29,370 nt of DNA from Patescibacteria group bacterium (GTDB lineage: Bacteria; Patescibacteriota; Minisyncoccia; Phycocordibacterales; GWA1-40-21). Made by a program: the position numbers and the translations under genes. Below, one piece after another: positions 1 through 8,366 of this stretch. Location of the stretch: contig JAGXAA010000002.1 of NCBI GenBank assembly GCA_018971765.1, forward strand, positions 1 through 29,370. Reading direction: 5' to 3'. Under the pieces are notes generated by a model. It saw only the letters and a list, made by a program, of their open reading frames with translations. It was not told the origin of the DNA and did not search any database. The first letter of the stretch is position 1, and every line of letters begins with the position of its first letter.

Positions 1-2
1 GG

Positions 3-200
3 ACGCAATTGTCCTACATCAGATATTATGAAGGCAAGTATGTTGAATCCAATGTTTCTCATCCGACAAAAATTGGCGCAAAGAACTTTTATTTTCAATG
101 GACATTGAAAACCGGACAGATAAGAAAGACGGGAAAATATGCGCTTGCTTTTTATGTGGACGGCAAAAAATCTCAAACGGTCAATTATTTGATACGATAA
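3..200 (+). CDS. 3' end of an upstream hypothetical protein (partial; open to the window edge)
   Basis: The frame is open from position 3 and stops with TAA at 198-200. The ORF-track 'start' at 9 is a TTG; no ATG or RBS is seen, so the gene probably begins upstream of the window. The translated C-terminus is beta-strand-like. Confidence 0.3.
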   Translation, partial: TQLSYIRYYEGKYVESNVSHPTKIGAKNFYFQWTLKTGQIRKTGKYALAFYVDGKKSQTVNYLIR

Positions 201-211
201 ATTTATCCGTG

Positions 212-299
212 AATTACGAAACGCAAAAATTTAAGTCCTCGGGTCGCAAAACAAGGCGTTTTTGCTCAACCAGACTGTAAATTTTTGCGTTTCGTAATT
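212..299. repeat. Palindromic intergenic repeat family A, copy 1 (88 nt), terminal inverted repeats aattacgaaacg / cgtttcgtaatt
   Basis: Near-identical copies occur at 10197-10296, 20979-21078 and 21757-21860, all in the same orientation. The conserved core is gtcctcgggtcgcaaaa - variable loop - gtttttgctcaaccagac. Confidence 0.85.
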
Positions 300-355
300 C
301 AAAGAATTTATAAAAGATTAACCCATTCTTTTTTTGTGAAAGAGATTTTAATTTT

Positions 356-1045
356 ATGGAAAACATTAAAAATAAAATAACGATTCGCGCGATGGCGTTT
401 TGGGGAATATCCGCTTTGGTTTTAGGCGGAATGGTTTTTGGAATGGTCAAATTTGCTTCGCGCAACTCCTTGAGCGATAAGACTCCTTTGTCTTTAACCG
501 CTCCGATGACCGAAGGCGATTGGATAAGAGGAGACAAGAACGCAAAAGTCATAATTACCGAATACAGCGATTTTCAATGTCCCGCCTGCGGAGCTTATTA
601 CGGGGTCGTTAAACAACTGCATAAAGATTTCGGAGACAAGCTCGCGATAGTTTATAAGCATTTTCCGCTCCGACAAAGACACGCGAACGCGGAGGCGGCC
701 GCTTTGTCCGCCGAAGCCGCGGGCGGGCAAGGCAAGTTTTGGGAAATGCACGATATGCTTTTTGAAAATCAAAAAGATTGGGAAACAGCCGGCAATGCCC
801 GAGAAATTTTCATCGGATACGCGAAAGAATTGGGTTTGAACTCCGAACGATTCAAACAAGACTTAAATTCAAAAGAATTAGAGCAAAAAATCGAAATTGA
901 TTATCAAAGCGGGGTCAAAGCCGGAGTGAATCACACGCCGACTTTCTTCTTGAACGGCAAGGAAATTCAAAATCCGCGGAGCTACGAAGAATTCAGAAAT
1001 ATCGTAGACGAAGCGGAATCAAAAAAATCCCAAAGTTCATCTTAA
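356..1045 (+). CDS. DsbA-family thiol:disulfide oxidoreductase (thioredoxin fold), N-terminally membrane-anchored
   Basis: N-terminal TM/signal anchor. The active-site motif FQCPACGAYY (CPAC) is present, along with the cis-Pro loop HTPTFFLNG typical of DsbA/BdbD-like proteins. Confidence 0.8.
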   Translation: MENIKNKITIRAMAFWGISALVLGGMVFGMVKFASRNSLSDKTPLSLTAPMTEGDWIRGDKNAKVIITEYSDFQCPACGAYYGVVKQLHKDFGDKLAIVYKHFPLRQRHANAEAAALSAEAAGGQGKFWEMHDMLFENQKDWETAGNAREIFIGYAKELGLNSERFKQDLNSKELEQKIEIDYQSGVKAGVNHTPTFFLNGKEIQNPRSYEEFRNIVDEAESKKSQSSS

Positions 1046-1050
1046 AAATA

Positions 1051-2586
1051 ATGAACAAAAAGATCAAAAGATTTTTTACACTACGGCAAATGTCAGCGGT
1101 TTTTAAGCAAGCATTCAATTCTCCGCTTTATTGGATTATCATGATTGAAGCCGCTTTGGCTGTCGGTGTTTTGTATTGGCAACTTCTTTCAAAAGTAACC
1201 ACCGTCATAAATTTTTACTTGATTTATCGGAATGCGCCTCTCTATCTTTATTCTTACGCCGGTCTTGCTTTTTTGAGTATGATTCTTTTTGGTCTAAACG
1301 CTGCCATTCTTGTTTATTTGTGGCGAGAATCAAAGTCAGCGAGCGCCAAATATTCAGGCGGAAGCGTTTTGGGGGCTTTCTTCGGCTCTTTAGGTTCCGC
1401 TTGCCCGTCTTGCGGAGCGTTTCTTTTGTCTTTTCTTGGAGTTAGCGGCGGGGTGGCGATGCTGCCGTTTCGAGGACTTGAGATTCTTTTTGCAAGCGTT
1501 GTAATCTTAGGAGTATCGCTTTTATTGTCATTGAGAAGGCTTGCCGCCGCCGATTCCTGCGAATTATGCCCAATTCAACCGGATAAATCTGGAAACGCCG
1601 CAACGACAAATGCGAGGAAAAGAAGCGATCATAATCAAAAGCTTTACTACCAAGCGTCTCTTGTCGTCTTATTTCTAATAATCTTTTTTGTCTGGCCTCT
1701 TTTTCAAAATGAAATTATTTCCGCAAGTTCGGACGCAAAAAGCGGCCTTCTTCTCCAAAATAAGATTAATTTCGAACAAAAAAATGAAGCAGGGAGCAAA
1801 TTATACGTTGAAACTTTGGAAAAAGTTTTGCCGAAAGGCGGATTTGAGACAGGTCTTGCGCTTAGCGGCATTGTTCCGAAGATGGTTTCTTACGGGATAA
1901 TTGACGCGGACAAATTCAGAAAGCTTTATGGCAGACGCGGTTTGGACGAAGGCAGTCTTTCCATTCTGACTCGGAATTCAAAAGAGCCCCTCAAAATCAA
2001 CGAAAACAATGCCGGACTTCTTCTAAACATATTTTGGCCTTTGGGTATTTCCAATAAGACGAATTTCAATGAGAAAAGCCGGCTCAAAGGCGATTCTCTG
2101 TTTAACTTCGCTTCAACCGGCGGCTGGACATTGGGCAAGGAAGATAATGGCGGAAAATATTTCAACAGATACGAGATAATAAAATTGACTGAGGAGCAAG
2201 AAGAGGTTGTTCTCAAAGTCGCCGGAAACACTTATCGCCCTTGTTGCGGCAACTCGACTTTCTTTCAGGACTGCAATCACGGCTCGGCCCTGCTCGGCGC
2301 CATAGAACTCGGAGCTTCTCAAGGAATGTCCGAAGAAGAACTTTACAAGCTGGCGCTGAAACTGAATTCATTCTGGTTTCCCGATACTTATTTAGAAACC
2401 GCCCTTTATTTCAAAATAGCCAAAAGCGTCGATTGGGAAGATGTTGGCCCGAAAGAAATAATGAGTTTTGAATATTCCAGCGGTCCCGGGTGGGCGAAAA
2501 ATGTCGCAAAAACCTTTCAAGAAATTTTGAAAGATAACCCCGATCTTTTGCCGAAGACGACGCAAGGAGGCGGCTGCGGAGTCTGA
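1051..2586 (+). CDS. Polytopic membrane protein with two CxxC motifs (CPSC inside a Gly-rich TM segment; CELC after TM4) and a ~290 aa Cys-containing C-terminal soluble domain. Candidate DsbA redox partner of unknown family
   Basis: There are about five hydrophobic helices in the first ~210 aa, with the motifs GSACPSCGAF and DSCELCP. The C-terminal domain carries RPCCGNSTFFQDCNHG. The start lies 6 nt after the dsbA-like stop, consistent with operonic coupling. Confidence 0.6.
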   Translation: MNKKIKRFFTLRQMSAVFKQAFNSPLYWIIMIEAALAVGVLYWQLLSKVTTVINFYLIYRNAPLYLYSYAGLAFLSMILFGLNAAILVYLWRESKSASAKYSGGSVLGAFFGSLGSACPSCGAFLLSFLGVSGGVAMLPFRGLEILFASVVILGVSLLLSLRRLAAADSCELCPIQPDKSGNAATTNARKRSDHNQKLYYQASLVVLFLIIFFVWPLFQNEIISASSDAKSGLLLQNKINFEQKNEAGSKLYVETLEKVLPKGGFETGLALSGIVPKMVSYGIIDADKFRKLYGRRGLDEGSLSILTRNSKEPLKINENNAGLLLNIFWPLGISNKTNFNEKSRLKGDSLFNFASTGGWTLGKEDNGGKYFNRYEIIKLTEEQEEVVLKVAGNTYRPCCGNSTFFQDCNHGSALLGAIELGASQGMSEEELYKLALKLNSFWFPDTYLETALYFKIAKSVDWEDVGPKEIMSFEYSSGPGWAKNVAKTFQEILKDNPDLLPKTTQGGGCGV

Positions 2587-2641
2587 TGAATGGCGCCTTT
2601 TTAAATGTTGGGCGCCGAGTGTCCAATATTTGTTGATGACT

Positions 2642-2778
2642 TTGAATCGCGAAACTCCTGCTCGGCGCGTTATTTTAAGGGTACGGATTTTTCGAAGCTT
2701 GAAAAATCCTGAAGTTCTCGCGCCGCCGCGCTCGAAACCCTCTTAAAATAACGCGCCTCGACGAGTTTCGCGATTCAA
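2642..2778. repeat. Structured palindromic repeat family B, copy 1 (137 nt)
   Basis: Outer 16-bp inverted repeat ttgaatcgcgaaactc / gagtttcgcgattcaa. Second stem gcgcgttatttta / taaaataacgcgc. Central conserved hairpin ggatttttcgaagcttgaaaaatcc, plus a GC hairpin cgcgccgccgcg. The second copy is at 14487-14666. Confidence 0.8.
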
Positions 2779-2839
2779 AGTGATGAAAAGCTTGACTATT
2801 CGCATAGTAATCTGTTAGCATATCATTTGTCGTTTAAAA

Positions 2840-3067
2840 GTGATGGAAAATAAAAAAGCAAAGGATAAAGTGGCGGCAAGCGGAGTGATCATTGAGGCGT
2901 TCCCCAATGCTTTGTTCAAAGTCAAGCTTGAAAAAGAAGGAGCCGAGATACTCGCTTATCTTTCAGGGAAAATGAGAATGAATAGAATAAGAGTCTTGAT
3001 CGGCGACAAGATCATCGTCGAGCTTGATGAGTATGGCGGTAAAGGGAGGATTGTCAAAAGAATCTAG
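2840..3067 (+). CDS. infA: Translation initiation factor IF-1
   Basis: 75 aa, S1-like OB fold. The stretch GVIIEAFPNALFKVKLEKEGAEILAYLSGKMRMNRIRVLIGDKIIVEL is characteristic of IF-1. Confidence 0.92.
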   Translation: MMENKKAKDKVAASGVIIEAFPNALFKVKLEKEGAEILAYLSGKMRMNRIRVLIGDKIIVELDEYGGKGRIVKRI

Positions 3068-3145
3068 TTGGAAATTAGATAGCTTATAAAGCGCAAGAAG
3101 AAATTAATTGTTTAAACCCATAACCCGTAAAGCATAATTTAAAAA

Positions 3146-3262
3146 ATGAAAGTCAAATCATCAGTAAAAAAAATCTGTTCCAAATGCAAAGTCGTGCGCA
3201 GAAAAAAGTATGTGTATGTCGTCTGCGACGCGAATTTGAGACATAAACAGAGGCAGGGTTAA
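3146..3262 (+). CDS. rpmJ: 50S ribosomal protein L36
   Basis: Not in the ORF track because it is shorter than 60 aa. Hand translation of ATG 3146 to TAA 3260-3262 gives [38 protein letters not shown] (38 aa), the classic L36 zinc-ribbon sequence. It sits in the canonical infA-rpmJ-rpsM position. Confidence 0.9.
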   Translation: MKVKSSVKKICSKCKVVRRKKYVYVVCDANLRHKQRQG

Positions 3263-3291
3263 TTTTATTAAAAAACGCAAATTATTCAAAT

Positions 3292-3672
3292 ATGAGAATT
3301 GCCGGCATAACAATACCTGAAAATAAAAGACTTGAGATAAGCCTTACCGCGGTGTACGGCATAGGAAGGTCTTTGGCGCGCAAAATATTGGACAAATCAA
3401 AGGTTGATTACGGAAAAAAGCCGAAAGATTTGACTCCCGAAGAAGAAAACGAGATTAGGAAAAATGTGGAAGCCCACAAAATAGAAGGCGACTTGAAAAG
3501 AGAAGTTTCTTCCAACATCAAGCGGCTTAAAGACATAAAATCATATCGCGGTTCAAGACACGCCAAGAGATTGCCGTCGCGGGGACAGAGGACGAAGACG
3601 AATTCAAGAACTCTGCGGGGCAATGTGAGAAAAACAATGGGCACAGGCAGGAAGAAAGAAGATAAAAAATAA
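3292..3672 (+). CDS. rpsM: 30S ribosomal protein S13
   Basis: MRIAGITIPENKRLEISLTAVYGIGRSLARKIL is the canonical S13 N-terminus. The C-terminus has the basic tail. Confidence 0.95.
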   Translation: MRIAGITIPENKRLEISLTAVYGIGRSLARKILDKSKVDYGKKPKDLTPEEENEIRKNVEAHKIEGDLKREVSSNIKRLKDIKSYRGSRHAKRLPSRGQRTKTNSRTLRGNVRKTMGTGRKKEDKK

Positions 3673-3684
3673 TTTATTTAATTT

Positions 3685-4119
3685 ATGGGTAAAAAGAGAA
3701 TTGTAAAAAAAGAAGAACAAGAATCCGCGGCTGAAGCGAAAAGTCAGGTTGAGGTTAAATCCGGCAAAAAAAAGCTGGAAGGGGGAATTCTTTTCGTTCA
3801 ATCAACCTACAACAACACGAAAGTCCTTCTTGCCGACCTTAAGGGCAACGCTCTGGCTTGGTCGTCGAGCGGCGCCCTTGGTTTCAAAGGGGCCAAGAAA
3901 GGAACGCCTTTCGCGGCGGCTAAAGTCGGCGAATTGGTTGGAGAGAAGGCGAGCAATATGGGAATAAAAGGAGTTGAAGTGGTCATTAAGGGAGTGGGGC
4001 AAGGAAGAGAGTCTTCCGTAAGAGGATTTCTGTCAAAGGGGATTGATCTTATGGGCATCAGAGACGTCACTCCCGTCCCTCACAACGGACCAAAACCAAA
4101 GAAACCAAGAAGAGTGTAA
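3685..4119 (+). CDS. rpsK: 30S ribosomal protein S11
   Basis: GILFVQSTYNNTKVLLADLKGNALAWSSSGALGFKGAKKGTPFAAA is an S11 signature. Confidence 0.95.
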   Translation: MGKKRIVKKEEQESAAEAKSQVEVKSGKKKLEGGILFVQSTYNNTKVLLADLKGNALAWSSSGALGFKGAKKGTPFAAAKVGELVGEKASNMGIKGVEVVIKGVGQGRESSVRGFLSKGIDLMGIRDVTPVPHNGPKPKKPRRV

Positions 4120-4162
4120 TTTATTTTTTTATTTGATTTTTCGATAATTTTTTAATTAAAAT

Positions 4163-4774
4163 ATGTTAATCGGACCAAGATACAAAAAGGCAAAAAAACT
4201 GGGAGCGCATATCTTTGATAAGACCCAGACGCAAAAATTCGCCCTCAGGCAGTCAATGGGCAAAAAGGATGACAAAAAAAGGGGAAGACCGAAAACCGAT
4301 TTCGGGCTTCAGCTTCTTGAAAAACAAAAAGCGAGGTTCACTTACGGCGTCAACGAAAGGCAATTTTCCAAGTATGTCAAAAGCATAATCAATAAAAAAG
4401 GAGCCAATTCTCCCGACACGCTCGTCCAGATTTTGGAATCAAGGCTTGATAACGTCGTTTATCGGCTGGGGCTTGCCAATTCGCGCCAGGCCGCGAGGCA
4501 GATGGTGTCGCACGGCCATATCACGATAAACGGAAGAAGAAATAACATACCTTCGTATGGTGTCATTGTCGGGGATAAGATAGGCGTGAGCCAAAGGAGC
4601 TTGAAGAATAAGCTTTTTGCCGATTTGGAAAACAAAATCAAAGAGCATAATTATCCTTCTTGGCTTAAGTATGACGCGGCCAAAAAATCTTACGATGTCC
4701 AAGGAATGCCTAAGCTCGCAAACACGGAAATAATGTTTAACGCGGCTTCGGTCATTCAGTTTTACAGCAGATAG
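4163..4774 (+). CDS. rpsD: 30S ribosomal protein S4
   Basis: ARFTYGVNERQF...LESRLDNVVYRLGLANSRQAARQMVSHGHITINGRR is the S4 S4-domain signature. Confidence 0.95.
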   Translation: MLIGPRYKKAKKLGAHIFDKTQTQKFALRQSMGKKDDKKRGRPKTDFGLQLLEKQKARFTYGVNERQFSKYVKSIINKKGANSPDTLVQILESRLDNVVYRLGLANSRQAARQMVSHGHITINGRRNNIPSYGVIVGDKIGVSQRSLKNKLFADLENKIKEHNYPSWLKYDAAKKSYDVQGMPKLANTEIMFNAASVIQFYSR

Positions 4775-4856
4775 TCCGCAAATGCTTGCATAAATCAAGA
4801 AAATGATACATAATTGTTTTTTATCGAATCAATTTAAAAATAATTAAAAGAAACAT

Positions 4857-5819
4857 ATGATTGATCATAACGACATAATTTTACCTTCAAAACCCAAAGT
4901 AATTCAAGAGAAAGATTCAAGCGGCGTCTATGAAATAGACGGATTATATCCGGGCTACGGTCATACGCTCGGGAATTCGCTCCGAAGAATCATATTGTTG
5001 TCGCTCAAGGGAGCGGCGATAACCTCAGTGAAGATAAAGGGGGTAAGTCATGAATTTTCATCAATAAGCGGCGTCAAAGAAGATGTCATAAATATCATTC
5101 TGAATTTGAAAAACATAAGAGTGAAGATGCTCACGGACGAGCCGCAGATTCTGAACCTGAAGGTTAAAGGCGTCAAGGACATCAAAGCGGGGGATATTGA
5201 CGCCCCCGGCCAGGTTGAAGTTTTGAATAAAGATTTATATGTAGCCGGCATTACCGAAAAAAATACCGAATTGTCGATTGAGATGCGGGTGGAAAAAGGA
5301 CTCGGCTATGTGCCCAAGGAAGTCCTTCAGAAAGACAGGGTTGAGGTGGGCGCGATTGTCCTTGACGCTTCATTCACTCCTATCCGCCGAGTGAATTATG
5401 AAGTTGAAAATATGCGAGTCGGCGACAGGACGGATTTCAATCGTTTGAGAATATTCATAGAGACCGACGGCACGATTTCTCCGAAAGAAGCTTTGGAGTC
5501 GTCCGTTCAGATTATGATTGCCCAGCTCAAGGCTATTGTCGGATTTGAAGAGAAAGAAAAGCCTGAGAGGGAAAAATCCATAGAGGCGAAAGAGCCGGAA
5601 GAAAAAAAGGAGGCGGATGTGGAATTCATGAAAACCAGAATAGAGTCCGTTGATCTTTCCACAAGGACGGTCAAAGCCCTTTCGAATGCGAACATAAGAA
5701 CCGTTGGCGGTCTCGCCAGGAAGAAAGAAAAAGATCTTCTCGAGATAGAAGGGCTCGGAACCAAAGGAATCCAAGAGATTAAAAAAACTTTATCCAATTT
5801 CGGCATAACGCTAAATTAA
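4857..5819 (+). CDS. rpoA: DNA-directed RNA polymerase subunit alpha
   Basis: 320 aa. [34 protein letters not shown] is the alpha N-terminal domain signature. It follows rpsD in the canonical alpha-operon order. Confidence 0.93.
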   Translation: [320 protein letters not shown]

Positions 5820-5886
5820 TAAGATAAAGCGATCTCTGGTTTTTTAATAAAATGAATTTTGGAGATAATAATCGGCAATATGAAAT

Positions 5887-6234
5887 ATGAAACATCATAA
5901 ATCAATGAGAACATTGGGAAGAGAAAGAAACCAGAGGAGAGCGCTCCTCAAGTCTCTCGCTTCTTCTTTGATAAAGAGCAAGAAAATCAAAACGACTTTG
6001 GCGAAAGCCAGAGAGCTTCGGCCGTTTATGGACAAGTTCGTCACTCTTTCCAAGAAAGGTGGCTTGAATTCAACAAGATTGATCTCGTCCAAGCTCGGGA
6101 AAGACAGCGCTATGATACTTGCGAAAGAAATCTCGTTGAATTACAAAGACAGGAAAGGCGGTTATACCAGAATAATCAAATTAAACCCCAGAAAGAGCGA
6201 CGGAGCTTTGATGGCGCAGATTGAATTCGTTTAA
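5887..6234 (+). CDS. rplQ: 50S ribosomal protein L17
   Basis: MKHHKSMRTLGRERNQRRALLKSLASSLIKSKKIKTTLAKARELRPFMDK is the L17 signature. It follows rpoA. Confidence 0.93.
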   Translation: MKHHKSMRTLGRERNQRRALLKSLASSLIKSKKIKTTLAKARELRPFMDKFVTLSKKGGLNSTRLISSKLGKDSAMILAKEISLNYKDRKGGYTRIIKLNPRKSDGALMAQIEFV

Positions 6235-6249
6235 TCCGGCGAAAGAATA

Positions 6250-6615
6250 TTGAATTTCAAAATTATGAAAAATATCATAGAAATAGACGCAAAAGGAAAG
6301 AAATTGGGCAGGGTGGCGAGCCAAGCCGCCGTTATTCTAATGGGCAAGAACTTGGTCAATCAAGCGAGGAATATCGTTCCGGAAGTTTCAGTCAGCATCT
6401 CAAATGTTTCCAAATTACAAATTGATTCCAAAAAGAAAAAAGAAAAAGATTACGCCTCTTTCTCCGGTTATCCGGGCGGACTCAAGAAAGAAAGCATGGA
6501 AAAGCTGATTGGCAGAAAGGGTTTCAGCGAGATTTTGAAACTGGCGATTTACGGGATGTTGCCGTCCAATAAATTGAGAGCGAAGATGATGAATAATTTA
6601 ACGATAATCGAATAA
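6250..6615 (+). CDS. rplM: 50S ribosomal protein L13
   Basis: IIEIDAKGKKLGRVASQAAVILMGK is an L13 signature. The true start may be the internal ATG at 6265. Confidence 0.9.
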   Translation: MNFKIMKNIIEIDAKGKKLGRVASQAAVILMGKNLVNQARNIVPEVSVSISNVSKLQIDSKKKKEKDYASFSGYPGGLKKESMEKLIGRKGFSEILKLAIYGMLPSNKLRAKMMNNLTIIE

Positions 6616-6618
6616 AAT

Positions 6619-7068
6619 ATGACGCCGATTAAAAATGAAGACAATAAAATGGAAAAAGATTCAAAAATGGAAAGAAAGAAGACCTACATAGAGGCCGTCG
6701 GAAGAAGGAAGACGGCCAGCGCCAGAGTCAGAATCGTTGAAAGCGCGAAAAACAATTTTAATGTTAATGGCAAAAGCTTGGAAGATTATTTCAAAGTAAA
6801 AGAGTTGACGGAGATTGCGAGTGAATCTTTGCTCAAATCCAAAACACCCGCGAATTTCAGCGTTTCCGCGAAAATAAAAGGAGGAGGAATAAGCGCTCAA
6901 GCTGAAGCTTTTAGACTCGGCATTGCCAGAGCGCTTGTGATCTACGATAATGAATTAAGAAAGAAATTGAAGGGCGCGGGATTTTTGAAGAGAGACCCGA
7001 GAGCGAAAGAAAGAAGGAAATTCGGCCTCAAAAAAGCCCGAAAAGCCCCGCAATGGTCAAAGAGATAA
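6619..7068 (+). CDS. rpsI: 30S ribosomal protein S9
   Basis: YIEAVGRRKTASARVRIV and the C-terminal ...KKARKAPQWSKR are S9 signatures. The gene follows rplM, the conserved rplM-rpsI pair. Confidence 0.93.
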   Translation: MTPIKNEDNKMEKDSKMERKKTYIEAVGRRKTASARVRIVESAKNNFNVNGKSLEDYFKVKELTEIASESLLKSKTPANFSVSAKIKGGGISAQAEAFRLGIARALVIYDNELRKKLKGAGFLKRDPRAKERRKFGLKKARKAPQWSKR

Positions 7069-7182
7069 TATTTTGCAAGATATTTTAGGTCTTTGGATCA
7101 TGGGAAGTTATGTAAAATATTTAAATTCTCCTCAATTTCCTGTCCGCTTGTCGCGGGGTTCTCGGTTTTTCTGAAAACACAT

Positions 7183-7208
7183 TGACTTTCCATTGGAATG
7201 GTATATTC
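7183..7208 (+). promoter_or_regulatory. Candidate sigma-70-type promoter in the S9/holB gap: TTGACT -35 and an extended -10 tgGTATATT
   Basis: ttgactttccattggaatggtatattct. The -35 hexamer is at 7183-7188. A TGn-TATATT element lies at 7199-7207, or TATTCT with a 16-nt spacer. It sits ~115 nt upstream of a small ORF at 7323. Confidence 0.35.
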
Positions 7209-7322
7209 TATTTTTAGACGCGCGTTTTATTAATTCTGAGAAAATGCAAAGGAGGCGGTGTTCCCGTCGTTCGTTGATTTTTATTATCTTGTTTTTATTT
7301 TTAAAATAGAGAGAGAGGGAAA

Positions 7323-7496
7323 ATGGCTAGGAGAAAAAAAGAAGAAAATAAAATAATGAGATCGGTTAAGAAGTCGGAAAGGAAATGTTTTAAAATTTGC
7401 TATTCCGATTCCAAGCAGCATTTTCGACCGCATGTAATTTTTAATTCTTTTGGTTTGAAGGAGGACACCGCATTACCGGCCATTGCTCAGAGGTAA
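7323..7496 (+). CDS. Small basic hypothetical protein (57 aa), apparently a stand-alone transcription unit
   Basis: Hand-translated: MARRKKEENKIMRSVKKSERKCFKICYSDSKQHFRPHVIFNSFGLKEDTALPAIAQR. It is below the ORF-track size cutoff. A GAGGG RBS lies 4 nt upstream. A candidate promoter is at 7183 and a strong intrinsic terminator at 7521. I see no match to any ribosomal protein I know. Confidence 0.35.
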   Translation: MARRKKEENKIMRSVKKSERKCFKICYSDSKQHFRPHVIFNSFGLKEDTALPAIAQR

Positions 7497-7520
7497 TTTA
7501 ATTATCCGCGATAAAATATT

Positions 7521-7557
7521 AGAGACTTCAGTTTGTATGACTGAAGTCTTTTTTATT
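7521..7557 (+). terminator. Rho-independent terminator
   Basis: agacttcag-ttgtat-ctgaagtct (perfect 9-bp stem) followed by TTTTTTATT. Confidence 0.7.
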
Positions 7558-7628
7558 ATTCTCGCAGAGAAGGGGTGGCTTTATTCATTTATTTGCTCTT
7601 TAAGCGGAAAGTGGTCTATAATTTTCAT

Positions 7629-8366
7629 ATGAATAAAGTTTTAGACTTGAAATCGGCCTTTCCGAATCTAATGGAAAAACTTCATCACGCTTATTGCTTG
7701 GAAGGGAAGCGCGAAAATATTTTGAAAGAATTGCTTGAATTTCTGGAAAATGTTTTACAATTTCGCCCCAAAGGGAACCCCGATTTTTATTACGGCGGTT
7801 TTGAAACTTTTGGAATTGACGACGGAAGGATAATCAATGAAACGCAGTCCAAAAAAGCCGTGTCTTCCGCGAGGAGAATTTTCATAATAGCGGCGAATTT
7901 TATCACGAAAGAGGCCCAAAACTCTCTTCTTAAAATGTTTGAAGAGCCGTCGGGCGGGGCGGTATTCTTTTTGATAATTTCTTCCGCGAGCATTCTTTTG
8001 CCGACTCTCCGTTCAAGGATGATAATTATGAACTTCAACCGCGTCTTAAGGTCGAGCGAAGCCGGTCAATCTGAGAAATCGGAAGATATTTTTGACGCAA
8101 AAAAATTCATCAAGTCCTCGATAGTTGAACGGCTGGCTATGGCAAAAAACATCTCGGATAAAATTGCCGATGAAGAAATAAGCAGATCGGTCGCCGCGGA
8201 TTTTTTAAACGGTGTTGAGAAAGAACTGGCGGGTAGGGCTGGAAAAGGCGGAGTCAAAAAAGAAGACATATTCATGTTCAATGAAATAGACAAATGCCGA
8301 AATTACGGGGGCGACAGATCACCCTCCATTAAAATGCTTCTTGAGCATATAGCGGTGACGCTTTAG
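7629..8366 (+). CDS. holB: DNA polymerase III delta-prime-like clamp-loader subunit (AAA+ fold; Walker A degenerate)
   Basis: HHAYCLEGKRENILKELLEFL resembles the HAYLF motif region. FIIAANFITKEAQNSLLKMFEEPSGGAVFFLIISSASILLPTLRSRM matches the sensor-1/SRC region of the delta-prime and gamma family. The start is taken at the internal ATG 7629 (MNKVLDL); the ORF-track start at 7575 overlaps the terminator. Confidence 0.5.
   Translation: MNKVLDLKSAFPNLMEKLHHAYCLEGKRENILKELLEFLENVLQFRPKGNPDFYYGGFETFGIDDGRIINETQSKKAVSSARRIFIIAANFITKEAQNSLLKMFEEPSGGAVFFLIISSASILLPTLRSRMIIMNFNRVLRSSEAGQSEKSEDIFDAKKFIKSSIVERLAMAKNISDKIADEEISRSVAADFLNGVEKELAGRAGKGGVKKEDIFMFNEIDKCRNYGGDRSPSIKMLLEHIAVTL

Noticed and set aside
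214-552. 112-aa ORF on the - strand (and similar ones: 98-280 on +, 10198-10410 on -) ending in ...LRPEDLNFCVS / ...LRPEDLNFSVS
   Set aside because: These are read-throughs of repeat family A in an arbitrary frame. The shared peptide tail simply reflects the repeated DNA. There is no RBS, and 214-552 overlaps the well-supported dsbA-like gene antisense.
494-859. Antisense ORFs inside well-supported genes (e.g. 494-859 -, 3408-3644 -, 5370-5774 -, 9649-9864 -, 11817-12065 -, 13043-13498 -, 17879-18241 -, 18350-18634 -, 24703-25092 +, 25815-26096 +)
   Set aside because: Each lies entirely within, and antisense to or out of frame with, a gene that has clear family signatures. There are no independent start or RBS signals.
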